From Cetorhinus maximus (Eukaryota), in assembly GCF_964194155.1 (NCBI RefSeq), contig NC_135901.1:27280001-27344000 (forward strand): 64,000 nt of DNA, given 5' to 3'. Of this stretch, positions 50,702 to 63,000 are shown piece by piece. A program made the position numbers and the translations under genes. The notes under the pieces were generated by a model. It was not told where the DNA came from and did not search any database. It worked only from the letters and a program-made list of their open reading frames with translations. Position 1 is the first letter of the stretch. The number at the start of each line of letters is the position of its first letter.

Positions 50702-51400
50702 TGTTAATTGTATCAATTGAGGTTAAGTATATACAGGTGGGTGTCATGGATTGCATAGTTACTTGAGCACATATAAAGAGACTCTTACTGACATAGAGTG
50801 GAGCCGAGTCAGGAGGTATATACCTGTAATGTTTCACTCAGTGAATAAATCTATACCAAGTAAAGACTGGCTCCAGTTTCCTCCTTCCCCATCAGGCTGT
50901 TAGGATTATAACATGGTAACAGAGAATGCTTGTCTAATGGTGAAGGTTGGAAACTAAAGGAAAATAAAATTTCAGACAGAAACTTACAATCTGAATAGTT
51001 TTTGTGAGAAATGGCTGAAAGCAAGTGGGAATTGTCAGGGTCTGATTACCCGCCGATGTTCTCGGAGTCTGAGCCACACGACCAGTGGAAGAATGAAGTG
51101 GATATGTGGACACGGGTTACGTCTCTACCAAGGAGGAAACAAGGTCTGGTCTTGGCATCGTCACTTCTCAACAAAAGTAAATCAGAGGCAAAGTATTTAG
51201 TGAGCTGGATGCCTGTCAGTTGGATACTGATGAAGGTTTGGATCTTCTGTTCAGGTTCATTGATGAGATTTACAAGAAAGATATTCTAGTGGATGCCTAT
51301 GAAGCACAGTTGGACTTTGACAGGTTTTGAATGAGGGCAAAAGCATCTGTAGCAGATCTGGATATCACAACAAAAGACAGGATTAGAACAGCACCAATCG
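50702..51400 (+). mobile_element. GalEa-like Ty1/copia LTR retrotransposon 5' end: 212-bp LTR, tRNA-Met PBS, gag start
   Basis: LTR TGTTA(50702)...TAACA(50913) with TATAAA 50772-50777 and AATAAA 50844-50849; PBS tggtaacagagaatg similar to TGGTAGCAGAGGATG; ORF 51011-51289 YPPMF...DQWKNEVDMWTRVTSLPRRKQGLVLA. Confidence 0.72.
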
Positions 51401-51447
51401 GTGAATGAACCCCAGGGATGACCAGGGAACAGTTAACAGGTGTTTCA

Positions 51448-51548
51448 GAACAAAAATAAAAATAACTGGAAAAACTCAGCAGGTCTGGCAGCATCTGCGG
51501 AGAGGAACACAGTTAATGTTTCGAGTCCGTATGACTCTTCAACAGAAC
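51448..51548 (-). mobile_element. Penelope tail with minimal hammerhead motif
   Basis: Near-identical to 46385-46480. Confidence 0.75.
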
Positions 51549-52399
51549 AGTTGCAAAATAACTGGAGTCAGCCTCTTTATCAGTGTTAACTGTTAGACTT
51601 CACCTCGATGACACATTTGTGTAATTAATAAGGCTTATATTACCAAATTGTACTGTATGTAAGCTTAACGATGAACAGTCTTCAATTGCCTGTCTCTTTC
51701 AGTTCCAGATACTGTAATGTAGCTTTAAGGAAAATAAAACTGGTGTTAAGGTCAGGAAGGGGTCAGAGCACCAGGTGTTCCAGGACACCCTGTTTAGATA
51801 CAAGTTATAGTTCACAGTTAGAAGGGACTCCAAGCTGATTGGCTCAATTTGTTGTGGGGAAATGAGGAACACTTTTCCCATTGGTCAAGAGTCACAAATA
51901 TTTGTTTAAGAAGTTGTTAGTTTTGTTGAACAGCTGCACCAACATGGGTTAAATGTTACAAAGTTACCTTCAAAAAGGTCCATTTGGTACCTCGAGTCCA
52001 TGCCAACTCTGTAGAGCGCTCCAGTCAGTCCCATTCCCCCTCTATATCCCCGTATCCCTGCAAGTTTATTGCCTTCAAGTGCCCATTCAATTTTCTTTTG
52101 AAATCGTTCATCATCTCTGATTGCACCACCTCATAGGCAGCGAGTTCCAGGTCATTCTCACTCGCTGTGTAAAAAAAACTTCTTCCTCACATCCCCCCCA
52201 CATCTCTCACTTAAAACCTTCAACCTGTGACCCCTTGTCCTTGGCGGGAACAGCTTTTCTTTGTCCAGCTGATGTAAACCTGTCATAATCTTTAACACCT
52301 CTATCAAATCTCCCCTCAACCTCCTTTGCTCCAGGAGAACAGTCCCAGCCAGAAGAAAGAAACAAGATATGTTCATGCCTGGAATAAAATGGGAATGTT

Positions 52400-54835
52400 T
52401 ACAATTCCACTGGGCAGTGAAGGAATTGGAATAACTCACCTTGGGTGTAGTTGAATGGAATAGATCAATCTGGTATCCATGTACATTCGAGTGAAATTCA
52501 GGGAAGTGTAGACAAGATGAATAAGTCGATAGCTTTCTCTCGGAAATGTTTATATCATTTGCCTCTGAACCCTTTTTTAAAAGAAAACCACAGTTGAAAT
52601 CCTGGCCACTACCTGAAATATTGGGACTGCAGACAGAGAGATCAGCAAAGCTCTTCAGGCAGACCCACCGCCCCCATGAACTTTAGATAAATTAACATGA
52701 AAGTCAACAAATGTCTGTCATCCTATTGGGATACCAGTGTACGTGCAGATGTGATTTGTTAGATGTTAAGCAACTAATAGAAGGAAATTCATGGTGAAAT
52801 ACATGGAAGAGTCCCAAACATACACAGTGACTTGACAAACAGTATGACATGGAATGGTTAATGTGGCCAGAGGAATGAGACAACATTTTGATGTGATCAA
52901 GGCATTGACACACTCTCTAGAGAGAAACTGACTTTAAAATAGTCAGGATGGAATTAAAGACACCAGTCATGGTTGAAAAGTGAGTAAAACTAAGCTGAAA
53001 GTGATAGAAAATTATGGATTTGGACAATGAAGGGCTTGGGAGAAATAATACTGAGTGACAACTCTCCACAAGTTGGTCAGGGGTAAGGAGAGAGCTGGAG
53101 AATCTTTTACATCCAGGCTTGATCTGCTGCTTTCAGCATAGATCCTTGTGTACTAGTAACCTAGCACTCACAGCGCTCCTTCAGGGGAAGAAAAGATTGA
53201 GTAGATGTTACCCCAGGCAGGGCCAGGACAGAACTGGAAAATAATGGAGTGAAATTGAGTGAGGGGTCAGAGACAGTTCTCCTCCCCCTCAAGGTGTGGA
53301 CTGTAAGAATCCTGGAGTAACCCCTACTTCAGGATTTGTTGCTAATTAGTGAACATTTAATTAAAAACTATGACTGGCTGTGCATTTATTTTTAATTTGA
53401 TTGTTACACTTCTCCTGTTTTAATTCCTGTTGTGATTACTCTCTGGGTGAGGATGGTTGACAGGTGACAGGATGGGAAATTGTGGTTTGGGTCTTCATTG
53501 ACCAAATGTTTTATTGATCCGAAAGGTGTAAAAGAGGCCAAACTTCAGCAGACATCTGGCAGAGCTGAGAACAGACGACTTGCTATGTGGGAACAGGGAG
53601 ATGAACAGCTCCCAGAGAACAGAGAAAACAAGAGTGCCTTGAATCCTAGATGACACCTGGGTGTCAAGGCCACCATGTTTTCACTGCTTGGCATGGGAAT
53701 GCTGACTCCCTGTACTGGGGACGGAGCATGGGAAGCCAATTGTTTGAGAGTTTGACGTGGCTTGGGCGGGTACAGATGGTTCAATGACAGGTTTTTTAAT
53801 TGGTCCGTTCAAATGTTAGCTCGGCAATGATTGGGTAAATCAGTCTCCATAGACTTTGTGCTGTAAAAAAGTATCAGAAGGGATTCCCCGAGCACAGAGA
53901 TTTGTAGAGGTTTTACATATGGCATTGACTGGTGCCATGGCATCTGGGGCAGAGCAGGGAGCATTTACGTGGAGATGGTGCTTCTACCCAGAGTGTAATG
54001 GTAATGCTGCTGCACTTTGATACTACTGCTCAGACATGAGCATGTGTCAGGTCTTATTTATACTGAATAAAATCTAACCACTGTCACCAATAAGGGTTAT
54101 CACTGTGAATCATTTCAGAGTTTGGGATAAGGGGATAAACGGTTAATTGACTCCCTGAACCACATTTTCTAACATCGCTGTGTCAAAAATAAAACCTCAT
54201 CTCCCCCTCTGGCTCCTTTGCCAATTACCTTAGAGGGACTCACTTTCTGTTAAAGAGCCTGCCAACCCCTCACCCACTTTCCCTAAAGTGCAGAAATCTA
54301 ATCATGAAGAGTCCAGAAAAATCAAATGTTTTTACTGATAAATGTTTATTAACGAAACAAAACATGGTTAAAACAAAGCAGAAAATTAATTGAGGGTCAG
54401 AGACAACCAGAGTAAAAGGATGTGCACAATGTTCTGGACCCAAATGGTTTCTCTTCGGTTCCTCTATAACCTGTTCCCATGACTCCCCGCTTTGGACACA
54501 GGGGCACTGAACCCCGGAGGTCAGGTCACCATCAGCCACGTTCACCCCCTCCTGCGCTTTGATTGGTTGGAGGCCCATTTCCCAGTCAGTCCTCTAGCAC
54601 CTTCCTGTCTCTCTATCAGTGCGACGCCCATGGCAGTTTCCCAATTGGGGCGCAGGCCCTGTTATTCTCAGCTAAATTCAGCCCTCAGCTCCGTCGCCTG
54701 GCTGTCATTGACATGAGCAATAGAGAGACAGAAAGGTGCTGGAGGCTCAAATGGGAAGTCGAAACTTGTGGCTCTGAACCAACACTTCAACATTTGTCAG
54801 TCAAACACTCGTTATTTATACTGGGGTTGTTATTA
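52400..54835 (-). repeat. Unit X copy 3 (inverted)
   Basis: Reverse complement of 13507-15560 and of 35300-35650. Confidence 0.9.
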
Positions 54836-54895
54836 TGAGATTTAGACACTGGAGGCAAAGGGTAACTTTACATTTCTAACTTTGTATTGTCTATA

Positions 54896-55360
54896 GTGTC
54901 AGCCGTGGCTCAGTGGGTAACACTCTCACCTTTGGGTCAGGAGGCTGTTGGTTCAAATCCCACATTTGGGACCTGACAACAAAAATCAAAGCCAACATTC
55001 CCAGTGCCAGCACTGAGGGTGTGCTGCACTGTCAGAGTAGCCATCTTTCGAATGAGATGTTAAACTGCCAGCCCTGTCTACCCTCAGGTGGATGCGAAAG
55101 ATCCCATGGCCACTATTTCAAAGAAGGGCTGGGGAGTTATCCCCGGTGTCCTGGTCAACATCCATCCCTCAATCAACATCACTAAAAACAGATCATCTGC
55201 TCATGATCACATTGCTGTTTGTGGGATCTTGCTGTGTGTAAATTGGCTGCCGCGTTTCCTACATTACAACAGTGACTATGCCTCAAAAGTACTTCATTGG
55301 CTGTAAAGTGCTTTGGGACGTCCTGTGGTCGTGAAAGGCGCTATAGAAATGCAAGTCCTT
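54896..55360 (+). mobile_element. Full-length DeuSINE (SacSINE1-like)
   Basis: A box tggctcagtgg, B box ggttcaaatcc, Deu-domain gatgagatgttaaac...aaagatcccatggc...ccccggtgtcctgg, tail gaaaggcgctatagaaatgcaag. Confidence 0.82.
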
Positions 55361-55849
55361 GTTTAATTGTCGGCAAACTTGGATATATTACATTCGGTCC
55401 CTCATCGAAATCATTCATAGAGGTTGAGAGCTCATTTTGTGTGTGTGAACCTCCTGTTTGACATCTTTCCAAACGCATTTTGAAAATCCAAACACACCAC
55501 ATCCAAGATGAGGAATTTTTTTGTTTTAAAAATCACAGTGAGTTGTTGTGATTTGGAATTCACTGCCTGAAAACACGCTGGAAGCAAATTCAACTGTATC
55601 TTTCAGAAGGGAATGGGAGATTCTTGAAAGGAAATGAAAATTGCAGGTTGATGGGATTAATTGGACAGCTCTTTCAAAGAGCCAGCAGAAGCACGATGGG
55701 CCGAATGGCCTCCTTCTGTGCTCTATGGGCCTCGTGTGCATTTAAAGGGAGGGGATAATCTTCATTGTGGGTGACATATTAAAGAAAGCAGTGTCTCCTC
55801 TTCTCTCTATGTTTAGTTTAACACTTAAATCTCCCCATAACATTCTCTG

Positions 55850-56830
55850 AGGTGGCAGATGGAATTTAATACAGAGAAGTGTGAGGTGATGTGATTTGGC
55901 AGAGGGGATAGGGAGAGGAAATACAGACTTAATGGCCCAGTTCTAAAGAGTGAGCAGGGGCAGAGGGACCTGGGGACTCATGTGCAGAGATCATTGAAGG
56001 TGGCAGGACAGAGTGAGAGAGGAATTAGCAAAGCACCTGGGATCTTGGGCTTCAAAAATAGAGGGATTGAGAACAAAAGCAGGGAGGTTTTGCCGAACCT
56101 TTATAAAGCTCTGGTTAGGCCACAACTAGAGTATTGAGTCCAGTTCTGGTCACCACACTTTAGGAAGGATGTGAGGGCCCCTGAGAGGGTGGAGAGGAGA
56201 TTTACCAGAATGGTTCCAGGGATGAGGGATTTTAACCACAAGGTTAGGTTGGAGAAGCTAGGGTTGTTCTCCTTGGAGTAAAGGAGGTTGAGGGGAGATT
56301 TGATAGAGATGTACAAGATTATGACAGGTTTAGATAAGGTGGACAAAGAAAAGCTGTTCCCATCAGCTGATGGTACAAGGATGAGGGGGACACAAGTTTT
56401 GTACAGGAGATATATCTACATCACTGTTCCCTCACTGGCACTGGGTCAAATCCTGGAACTCCCTCCCTAACAGCACTATGGGTGTACCAACACCACATGG
56501 ACTGCAGCGGTTCAAGAAGCCAACTCAACACCATCTTCTCAAGGGCAATTAGGGATGGGCAATAAATGCTGGCCTATCCAGAGACACCCACATCCCATGA
56601 AAGAATGAAAATGAAAAGATATGGGGGGAAATTAGGAGGAACGTTTTTACACAGTGAGTGGTGATGACCTGGAACTCGCTGTCTGCAAGGTGGGTGGAAG
56701 CAGAGACAGTGAACGGTTTCGAAAGGAAATTGGATGGGTACTTGAGGGAAATAAATTTTCAGGGCAACAGGGATAGAATGAGGAAATGGGACTAACTGGT
56801 TTGCTCTGCAGTGAGCCAACATTGACAGGT
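55850..56830 (+). mobile_element. CR1 3' fragment interrupted by another LINE tail (about 56418-56615)
   Basis: RGDLIEMYKIMTGLDKVD; tail gggcaattagggatgggcaataaatg. Confidence 0.78.
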
Positions 56831-57560
56831 GAATGGCCTCCTTTGCCCCAATGACTTAGTGATCTCCATTTAGAAAAAGGAAATAGAGACACTGGAGAAA
56901 GTGCCACACAGATTCACAAGAATAATACCAGAACTGAGAGCATTTGACCCTCAGGAAAGGCTGGGGCAGCTTTTCTCTAGAAAAGAGAAGACTGAAGGGT
57001 GACCTGATGGAAGTCTTCAAAATGATGAAAGGGTTCAATAATCCAATAGGGATTTCATGAGAAACAAGTGGTGAGAATGTGGAACTCGCTACCACAGTGA
57101 GTGGTTGAGGTGAATAGCATGAATACATTTAAGGGGAAGCTAGATACATACATGAGGGAGAAAGGAATAGAAGGATATGCTGATGGGGGAGATGAAGAGG
57201 GGTGGGTGGAGGCTCATGTGGAGCATAAATACTGACAGAGACCAACTGAGCCAACTGGCCTGGCCCTGTGCTGTAGACTCAGTGGAACAGAGACAAATAT
57301 ATTTATATTAGATCAACCTGTCGTGTTGGAAAAACACTATTTACTCTCCAGGATAAAAGAAATGGACTTGATCAGCTCTGCTGAACATGTGCACTCCCAG
57401 GCTCAAAGAGCATCAGCCACTGGAAGCAAAGTCGTGAGACCGGCCAGTCCAGCAGAAAGAAACCCGCCGACCCTCCCACTTCACCAAGTGTCAGAATGAA
57501 CATGGTTCAGTCCTGGATGTGATCAACAGCAGCAACAACAGCAGAATCCAATCCCTGGAA

Positions 57561-58319
57561 TCAGTTATGAACTCGCTGGTGTTTCTGCATGTTGGATGAA
57601 TCACTGAATCCCTTCCCACACTCAGAGCAGGTGAATGGTCTCTCTCCAGTGTGAACTCGCTGGTGTGACTGAAGGCTGGATGACGTTCCAAAGCTCCTTG
57701 TGCAGTGAGAGCAGCTGAACGGTCTCTCCTCAGTGTGAATGCGCTGATGGGCCATCAGAACCACAGCACTTTTGAAGCCACACCCACAGTCAGAGCATTT
57801 AAAGGGTCTCTCATTGCTGTGACTGGCATGGTGTCTCAGCAGGCTGGATGACTGAGTGAATCGCTGCCCACACACGGTGCAGGTGAATGGCCTCTCTCCG
57901 GTGTGAACTCGGTGGTGTGTCAATAAGTTGGATGAATCACTGAATCCCTTCCCACACTCAAAGCAGGTGAACGGCCTCTCCCTGGTGTGAACTTGCTGGT
58001 GTGTCAACAGGTGGTATAACCGAGTGAATCCCTTCCCACACACAGAGCAGGGGAATGGTCTCTCCCCGGTGTGAACTTGCTGGTGTGTCTGCAGATGGGA
58101 TGACTGAGTAAATCCTTTCCCACACACAGAGCACATGTACGGCCTCTCTCCGGTGTGAACTTGCTGGTGTGTTTGCAGATGGGATGACTGAATGAATCCT
58201 TTCCCACACTCGGAGCAGGTGAATGGCCTTTCCCCAGTGTGACTGCGTCGATGGGTTTCCAGCTTAGATGGGGATCTGAATCCCTTCCCACAGTCCCCAC
58301 ATTTCCACAGTTTCTCCAT
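57561..58319 (-). CDS. ZNF-8: C2H2 zinc-finger-only protein, 252 aa, 9 fingers
   Basis: Open ORF from ATG 58319 (MEKLWKCGDC); includes atypical fingers FKCSDCGCGFKSAVVLMAH and FSCSHCTRSF. Confidence 0.92.
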   Translation of the reverse strand: MEKLWKCGDCGKGFRSPSKLETHRRSHTGERPFTCSECGKGFIQSSHLQTHQQVHTGERPYMCSVCGKGFTQSSHLQTHQQVHTGERPFPCSVCGKGFTRLYHLLTHQQVHTRERPFTCFECGKGFSDSSNLLTHHRVHTGERPFTCTVCGQRFTQSSSLLRHHASHSNERPFKCSDCGCGFKSAVVLMAHQRIHTEERPFSCSHCTRSFGTSSSLQSHQRVHTGERPFTCSECGKGFSDSSNMQKHQRVHN

Positions 58320-59754
58320 GGTGCTGATGTCCTTGGGTCTCTGCAGGTGGGACAATTAGTTGAAGCATCGAACACACAGAACACGTGTAGAGTCTCTCAC
58401 CACTGTGGATGGTGCAACGATTTTTCAGTCTGTGTAACTGGTCAAAGCGTTTTCCAAAGTAAGTGCACATCAACACTCTAACTTGGGTGTGTGTGTCTCG
58501 GTGCTTTTCCAGTCACACTGATGTTTAAAATCTTTTGAAGCAGACAGAAGAGACAAAGATTTCAAATGGTAGATTCAAATGCCGACAATATTCTGGTCCC
58601 AATGAATGAAATGATTGTCAGATCTTGACATGATGTTTGGTTTGAGATTTTTGTCTGAAAATCCTTCCCTTCTAATATCCTGTAAAAGGAGTTTACAAAA
58701 GTCATTACTGTCAGGACAGGGTCAAAATTCAGAACAGACAATTGCACTTGTTATGGAACATTCTTTCCTCTCCCGTTCCACACACTCTCCCTCCATTCTC
58801 ACTCTGCTGGACCTAAAATACACCCTCCCAATTCTCCTGAAGGTGCCGATTCATGCTGATCATCAGATCGATGCACACCATTTCTGCTCCTGGATACAAA
58901 GACCTGAAAATCTTCATGCAGCTCGCTCGGCTACATCTTTATTTAGTGGACTAAAATGTGTTTAATATACAGTGTTTAATATACATCGATTCGAGATAGA
59001 GGGTGGATGTGAGCAAGACCTTTTATTAGGTACCGAGCGGTCTTGACCTGGAAGTCGCTGCCTACGAGGGTGATGGAAGTGGAGAAGATCATGAATTTGA
59101 AAATGGAATTGGATGGGCAGCTGAAGGAAATAAACTTACAGAGGAACAGGGATACAGAGGGGGACTGAGTGGATTGCTCTACAGAGAGTTGGCATGGACT
59201 CGAGTTGCTGAATGGACTCCTTCTGTACTGCAATGAGTCTTATATTAATTCATGGGATGTGGGCATCACTGTCGAGTCCAGAACTTATTGCCCATCCCTA
59301 ACTGCCCTTGAAAAGATGCTGGTGAGCTGCTGCTGCTGGAAATGACTGGAAATATACACAGTACTATATTAAAAAGGTAGAAATAATAATAAATGGATTC
59401 TATTCTTAACCAGAAATATTATATTTAATGTGTACCATATAACAGCACTGGACATATCTCTGTCCCATATTAATTTACTGTCCCCTTAAATGTCAGCCAT
59501 CTCCTGGGGAAACCACCCCTTTAATTGTGAACAGTAGGAAAGGGACCATCCTTTTAGCCAGACAAATAAATGTGTCAAGCTGAGGGAGCAAAGGATGTCA
59601 ATGTCTTTAAGAGAGAGAGAGAGAGACATGGGCCAACCTTTCCAGAGTCTGCACCCTCCCTGGATTCACTTCCTTTCCCTTCAGTTCCTGCAAGTCAACA
59701 ATTTCCCCCCAGAATGAGAAAAGAAATGGAAAGGGGGAGAAAAGAAAGTGTTTT

Positions 59755-60220
59755 ACTCACAGATGTTGGACACAGGAGGAAGTTTTGGTCTGTGCGAAGC
59801 TCAATCTTCAGTCACACAAAGCCCGCACTCTGATTGGCTGGAGGACAAGAGTCCTTCCGGTCCTCCAAGCATTCCCACTGGTGTATCCCCCGGCAGCGGG
59901 AGCCTTCGCGGAGTAGGGAGAACCTTTGACCCACGTGACGGAAAAGCGGTTAGCCAATGGGAAAAGCCAGTCTCCGCACAGGCGCATCTTCCCCTCTCCC
60001 TTAGACATGTGCAGTCCCGGGCCGCGGATAGAGCGGTTTCTCCAGCGCGGTGTATTCTGGGAGCTCCGGCCGCCATTATTCATCCGGAGCCCAGTCTCCA
60101 AACACCTGGGACTGGGATGGAAAGTGGGGGTGGAGGGCGCAGTGACCCCACCCTGACACAAAGTACATGTGGGTAGTCACTGGGTTTGATTGTGACGCCC
60201 CCTTCAGGGGAGGAGAATTA
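59755..60220 (-). promoter_or_regulatory. Promoter and non-coding exon 1 of ZNF-8
   Basis: tactcacagatgttgg donor, ctgattggctggaggac module, CACGTG E-box near 59932, CpG-rich. Confidence 0.7.
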
Positions 60221-61237
60221 GGGAAAAATCAGGAGGACCATAGGATTAATTAAGGTTGCAATCATTAGTCTGGAGAGAATGTGTGGGGGACGGAGATTTA
60301 TAGGTTCAGAGGGAGGATGATTCTCTCTCACATAATCTATGACAACTAACATGATGAGTTCTGAATTTCTATCCTGTTCAGACACTGATAACATGATGAT
60401 GTAAAGCTTGTTGCCTCCCTTCGTAATCTTAAAGTCCTCGATCAAGTCAGTCATCAGCCTTCCCTTTCAAGAGAGTAAAGCACCAGTCTGTTCAATCTTT
60501 ACTGTAACTTAAACACTCTCAATACTGCTCTTGTCCTTGGGAATCTTTCCTGCACATTCTCGAGTTCCCCTCTGTCCTTATTATAATGATGGAGACCCAG
60601 ACCTGTTCACACTATTCCAAGTCTGGTCCAACCAAGGCTCAATGCAAGTTTAACATGACTTCTCTGCTTTTCAATGCTATTTCTCGAGAAATTAACCCCA
60701 TTTTTAGGCCTTGGAAAGAGTGCAGGGATTGAGTGCGGTGACAGGAATGAGGAACTTTAGTTATGTGAACACACTGGAGAGGTTGTTCTCCTTAGAACAG
60801 CGAAGGCTGAGAGGAGATGTGATAGAGGTGTTCAAGATCGTCAATGATTTCCATCAAGTAAATAAAGACCAATTGTTTCCATTGACAAAAGGTTGTTAAC
60901 CAGAGGACACAGATTGAAGGTGATTGACATAAAAGCCAGAGGGGAAATGAGGAAGATAAATCTTTACACAGTGGTGTTGTGATCTGGAATGCACTGCCTG
61001 AAAGGCTGGTGGAAGCAGATTCAACAAAGGGAATTGGATAAATCTTGGAAGGGGACCAGTTTTCAGGGCTCATGTGGAAAGGGGAGGATAGTGGGACTAA
61101 TTGAGTAGCTCTTTCAAAAAGCCAGCACAGGTATGATGGGCTGAATGGCCTCAATGGCAACAAAGGATATTGGATAAATACTGGAAGGGGACTAGTTTGA
61201 CAGTAACTTTCCCTATCAAACCTTGTATTGCCTTAAA

Positions 61238-61692
61238 GTGTCAGCCATGGCTCAGTGGATCGCTCTTTCACCTCTGAGTCAGGAGGCTGCTCGTTCAAGT
61301 CCCAGTCCAGGGACCTGAAAGCAAAAATCACATCCAACATTCCAAGTGTCAGCATGGAGGAAGTGCTGCACTGTCAGAGTTGCTATCTTTGGATGAGATA
61401 CAAACCAAGGGCCCTGTCTGCAATCTTGGGTGGATTTATAAGTTCCCATGACAACTATTTCGAAGAAGAGGGGAGTTATCCCCAGTAACCTGGCTAATAT
61501 TTATCAATCAACATCAATAAAAACATATCATCTGTTCATTCTCACATTGCAGTTCGTGGGATCTTGCTGTGTGTAAATTAGCTGCAGCCTTTCCTACATT
61601 AGAACGGTGACTACATTTCAAAAGTACTTTATTGTCTGTAAAGCACTTTGGGGTGTTATGTGGTCAGGAAAGGCACTATAGAAATGCAAGTT
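61238..61692 (+). mobile_element. DeuSINE (SacSINE1-like), diverged
   Basis: Colinear with 54896-55360. Confidence 0.8.
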
Positions 61693-62489
61693 TTTAAATT
61701 TAAGATTTATATATTCTTGTCATCTGAAACTTAATTGATTTCAGCCACCCGCAACTTGCCATTTAATAAATTCACCTCGGTTCAGACAAGACTTTAACCA
61801 ATTAAAGCAAAGGCAGAATTCTCTGGATAGTAAATTTAAAAAGAAGTTTATTAAGTTTACTTAATAACTTAAAACATTGACTTTTACAACTTCATGTGGG
61901 TGATCAGCCTGTAGAAGTGTAACCCTCTCTGGCTCCTTCTTTAACAGAAATTGTTGTGGAATTCACCCTCGGGAGTCTGGCTCCTTCTCTGACAGTAATT
62001 TCCTTGGAACTCGGCCTCGGGAGTCTTCAGTACTTGGCTAGCAAGGGAGACCTTCAGAACCTCTACTTTTATCCCCAAGGTGACCATGACCTCACGTCAG
62101 AGTTATGCCTATTGTAACATGACAATTGGTCAATTTGATGATTAGATTAATTTAATTGGATCCCTAATTACTTACACCACTTTCTCTCATTATCTTAGAC
62201 AGGAATACAATAGAACTGTTTCATACTATCTTTATCTGATTCTATACCATCCCTTATTCAGATTCAAATTTTGAGGCTAATCAGAGTTTGACGATCTCTC
62301 TTACCAATACATTTATCTTCATTGCACATTCTTTACATACACAGAAATTAAGGTTTTACATTTTTACACCAAAAAACACTCACACTTTTAGAATAACTTC
62401 TGATTCATTAACTGTCGCTCAATTAAGGCTCACTACTTATTCAATCATCTGCTGCTGACTGGTTGTTAATTAAAACAGGAATTTCTGAA

Positions 62490-63000
62490 AAAAGAGAGAT
62501 GTCACAGCTTTTCATCTTGCACTCATCAGGACATTCGCAAGAATACCAAATGTAAAGGGAACAACAATTTATACTTCATGAGAAGAGAGTGCTGATTGGT
62601 TGGAAAGTGGACACTGACTGGTAAAAACTTTGCCATGGAGAATGCAGCAGTCAACTGATGAGTGACAGTTAACCGCCAAGCTTTCTTTAAGTTCAAACCA
62701 GGCATGTTGACTGATTGGTCAAGGCATTCACCTGGGGAATGAACCAGGGAACAGTTGTCATCTGTTTTGTTCAGTTGAAACAGGCAAAAGTGTGTCCATG
62801 TTCTGTCTGCAAAGAGCAGGGCCCTGTCTATTAATATATGTCGCTTCCAGTACACGTGAGTGTGTCACAGTGCGAGCCCAACTGACAATCTTAAACTGGT
62901 TGTCAGCACAAATCTCAGAACATTCAGGATTGTTTAGCAAATGTTGTCCAATCGCGGAATCACATCTAATGTTGGTCACTGTGTCTTGAGTTTTGTAAAA
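62490..63000 (-). mobile_element. Penelope-like element 3' end (GIY-YIG C-terminus and hammerhead-motif tail)
   Basis: CDSAIGQHLLNNPEC...FKIVS...VLEATYI...PALCRQ; tgtcCTGATGAgtgcaagatGAAAagct at 62500-62533. Confidence 0.8.

Noticed and set aside
54900-54975. tRNA gene
   Set aside because: A/B boxes belong to the SINE head and continue into the Deu domain and LINE-like tail
61700-62450. AT-rich, possibly LTR-derived segment (similar doubt for 1468-1750 and 12635-12945)
   Set aside because: No termini, PBS or coding motif I could support
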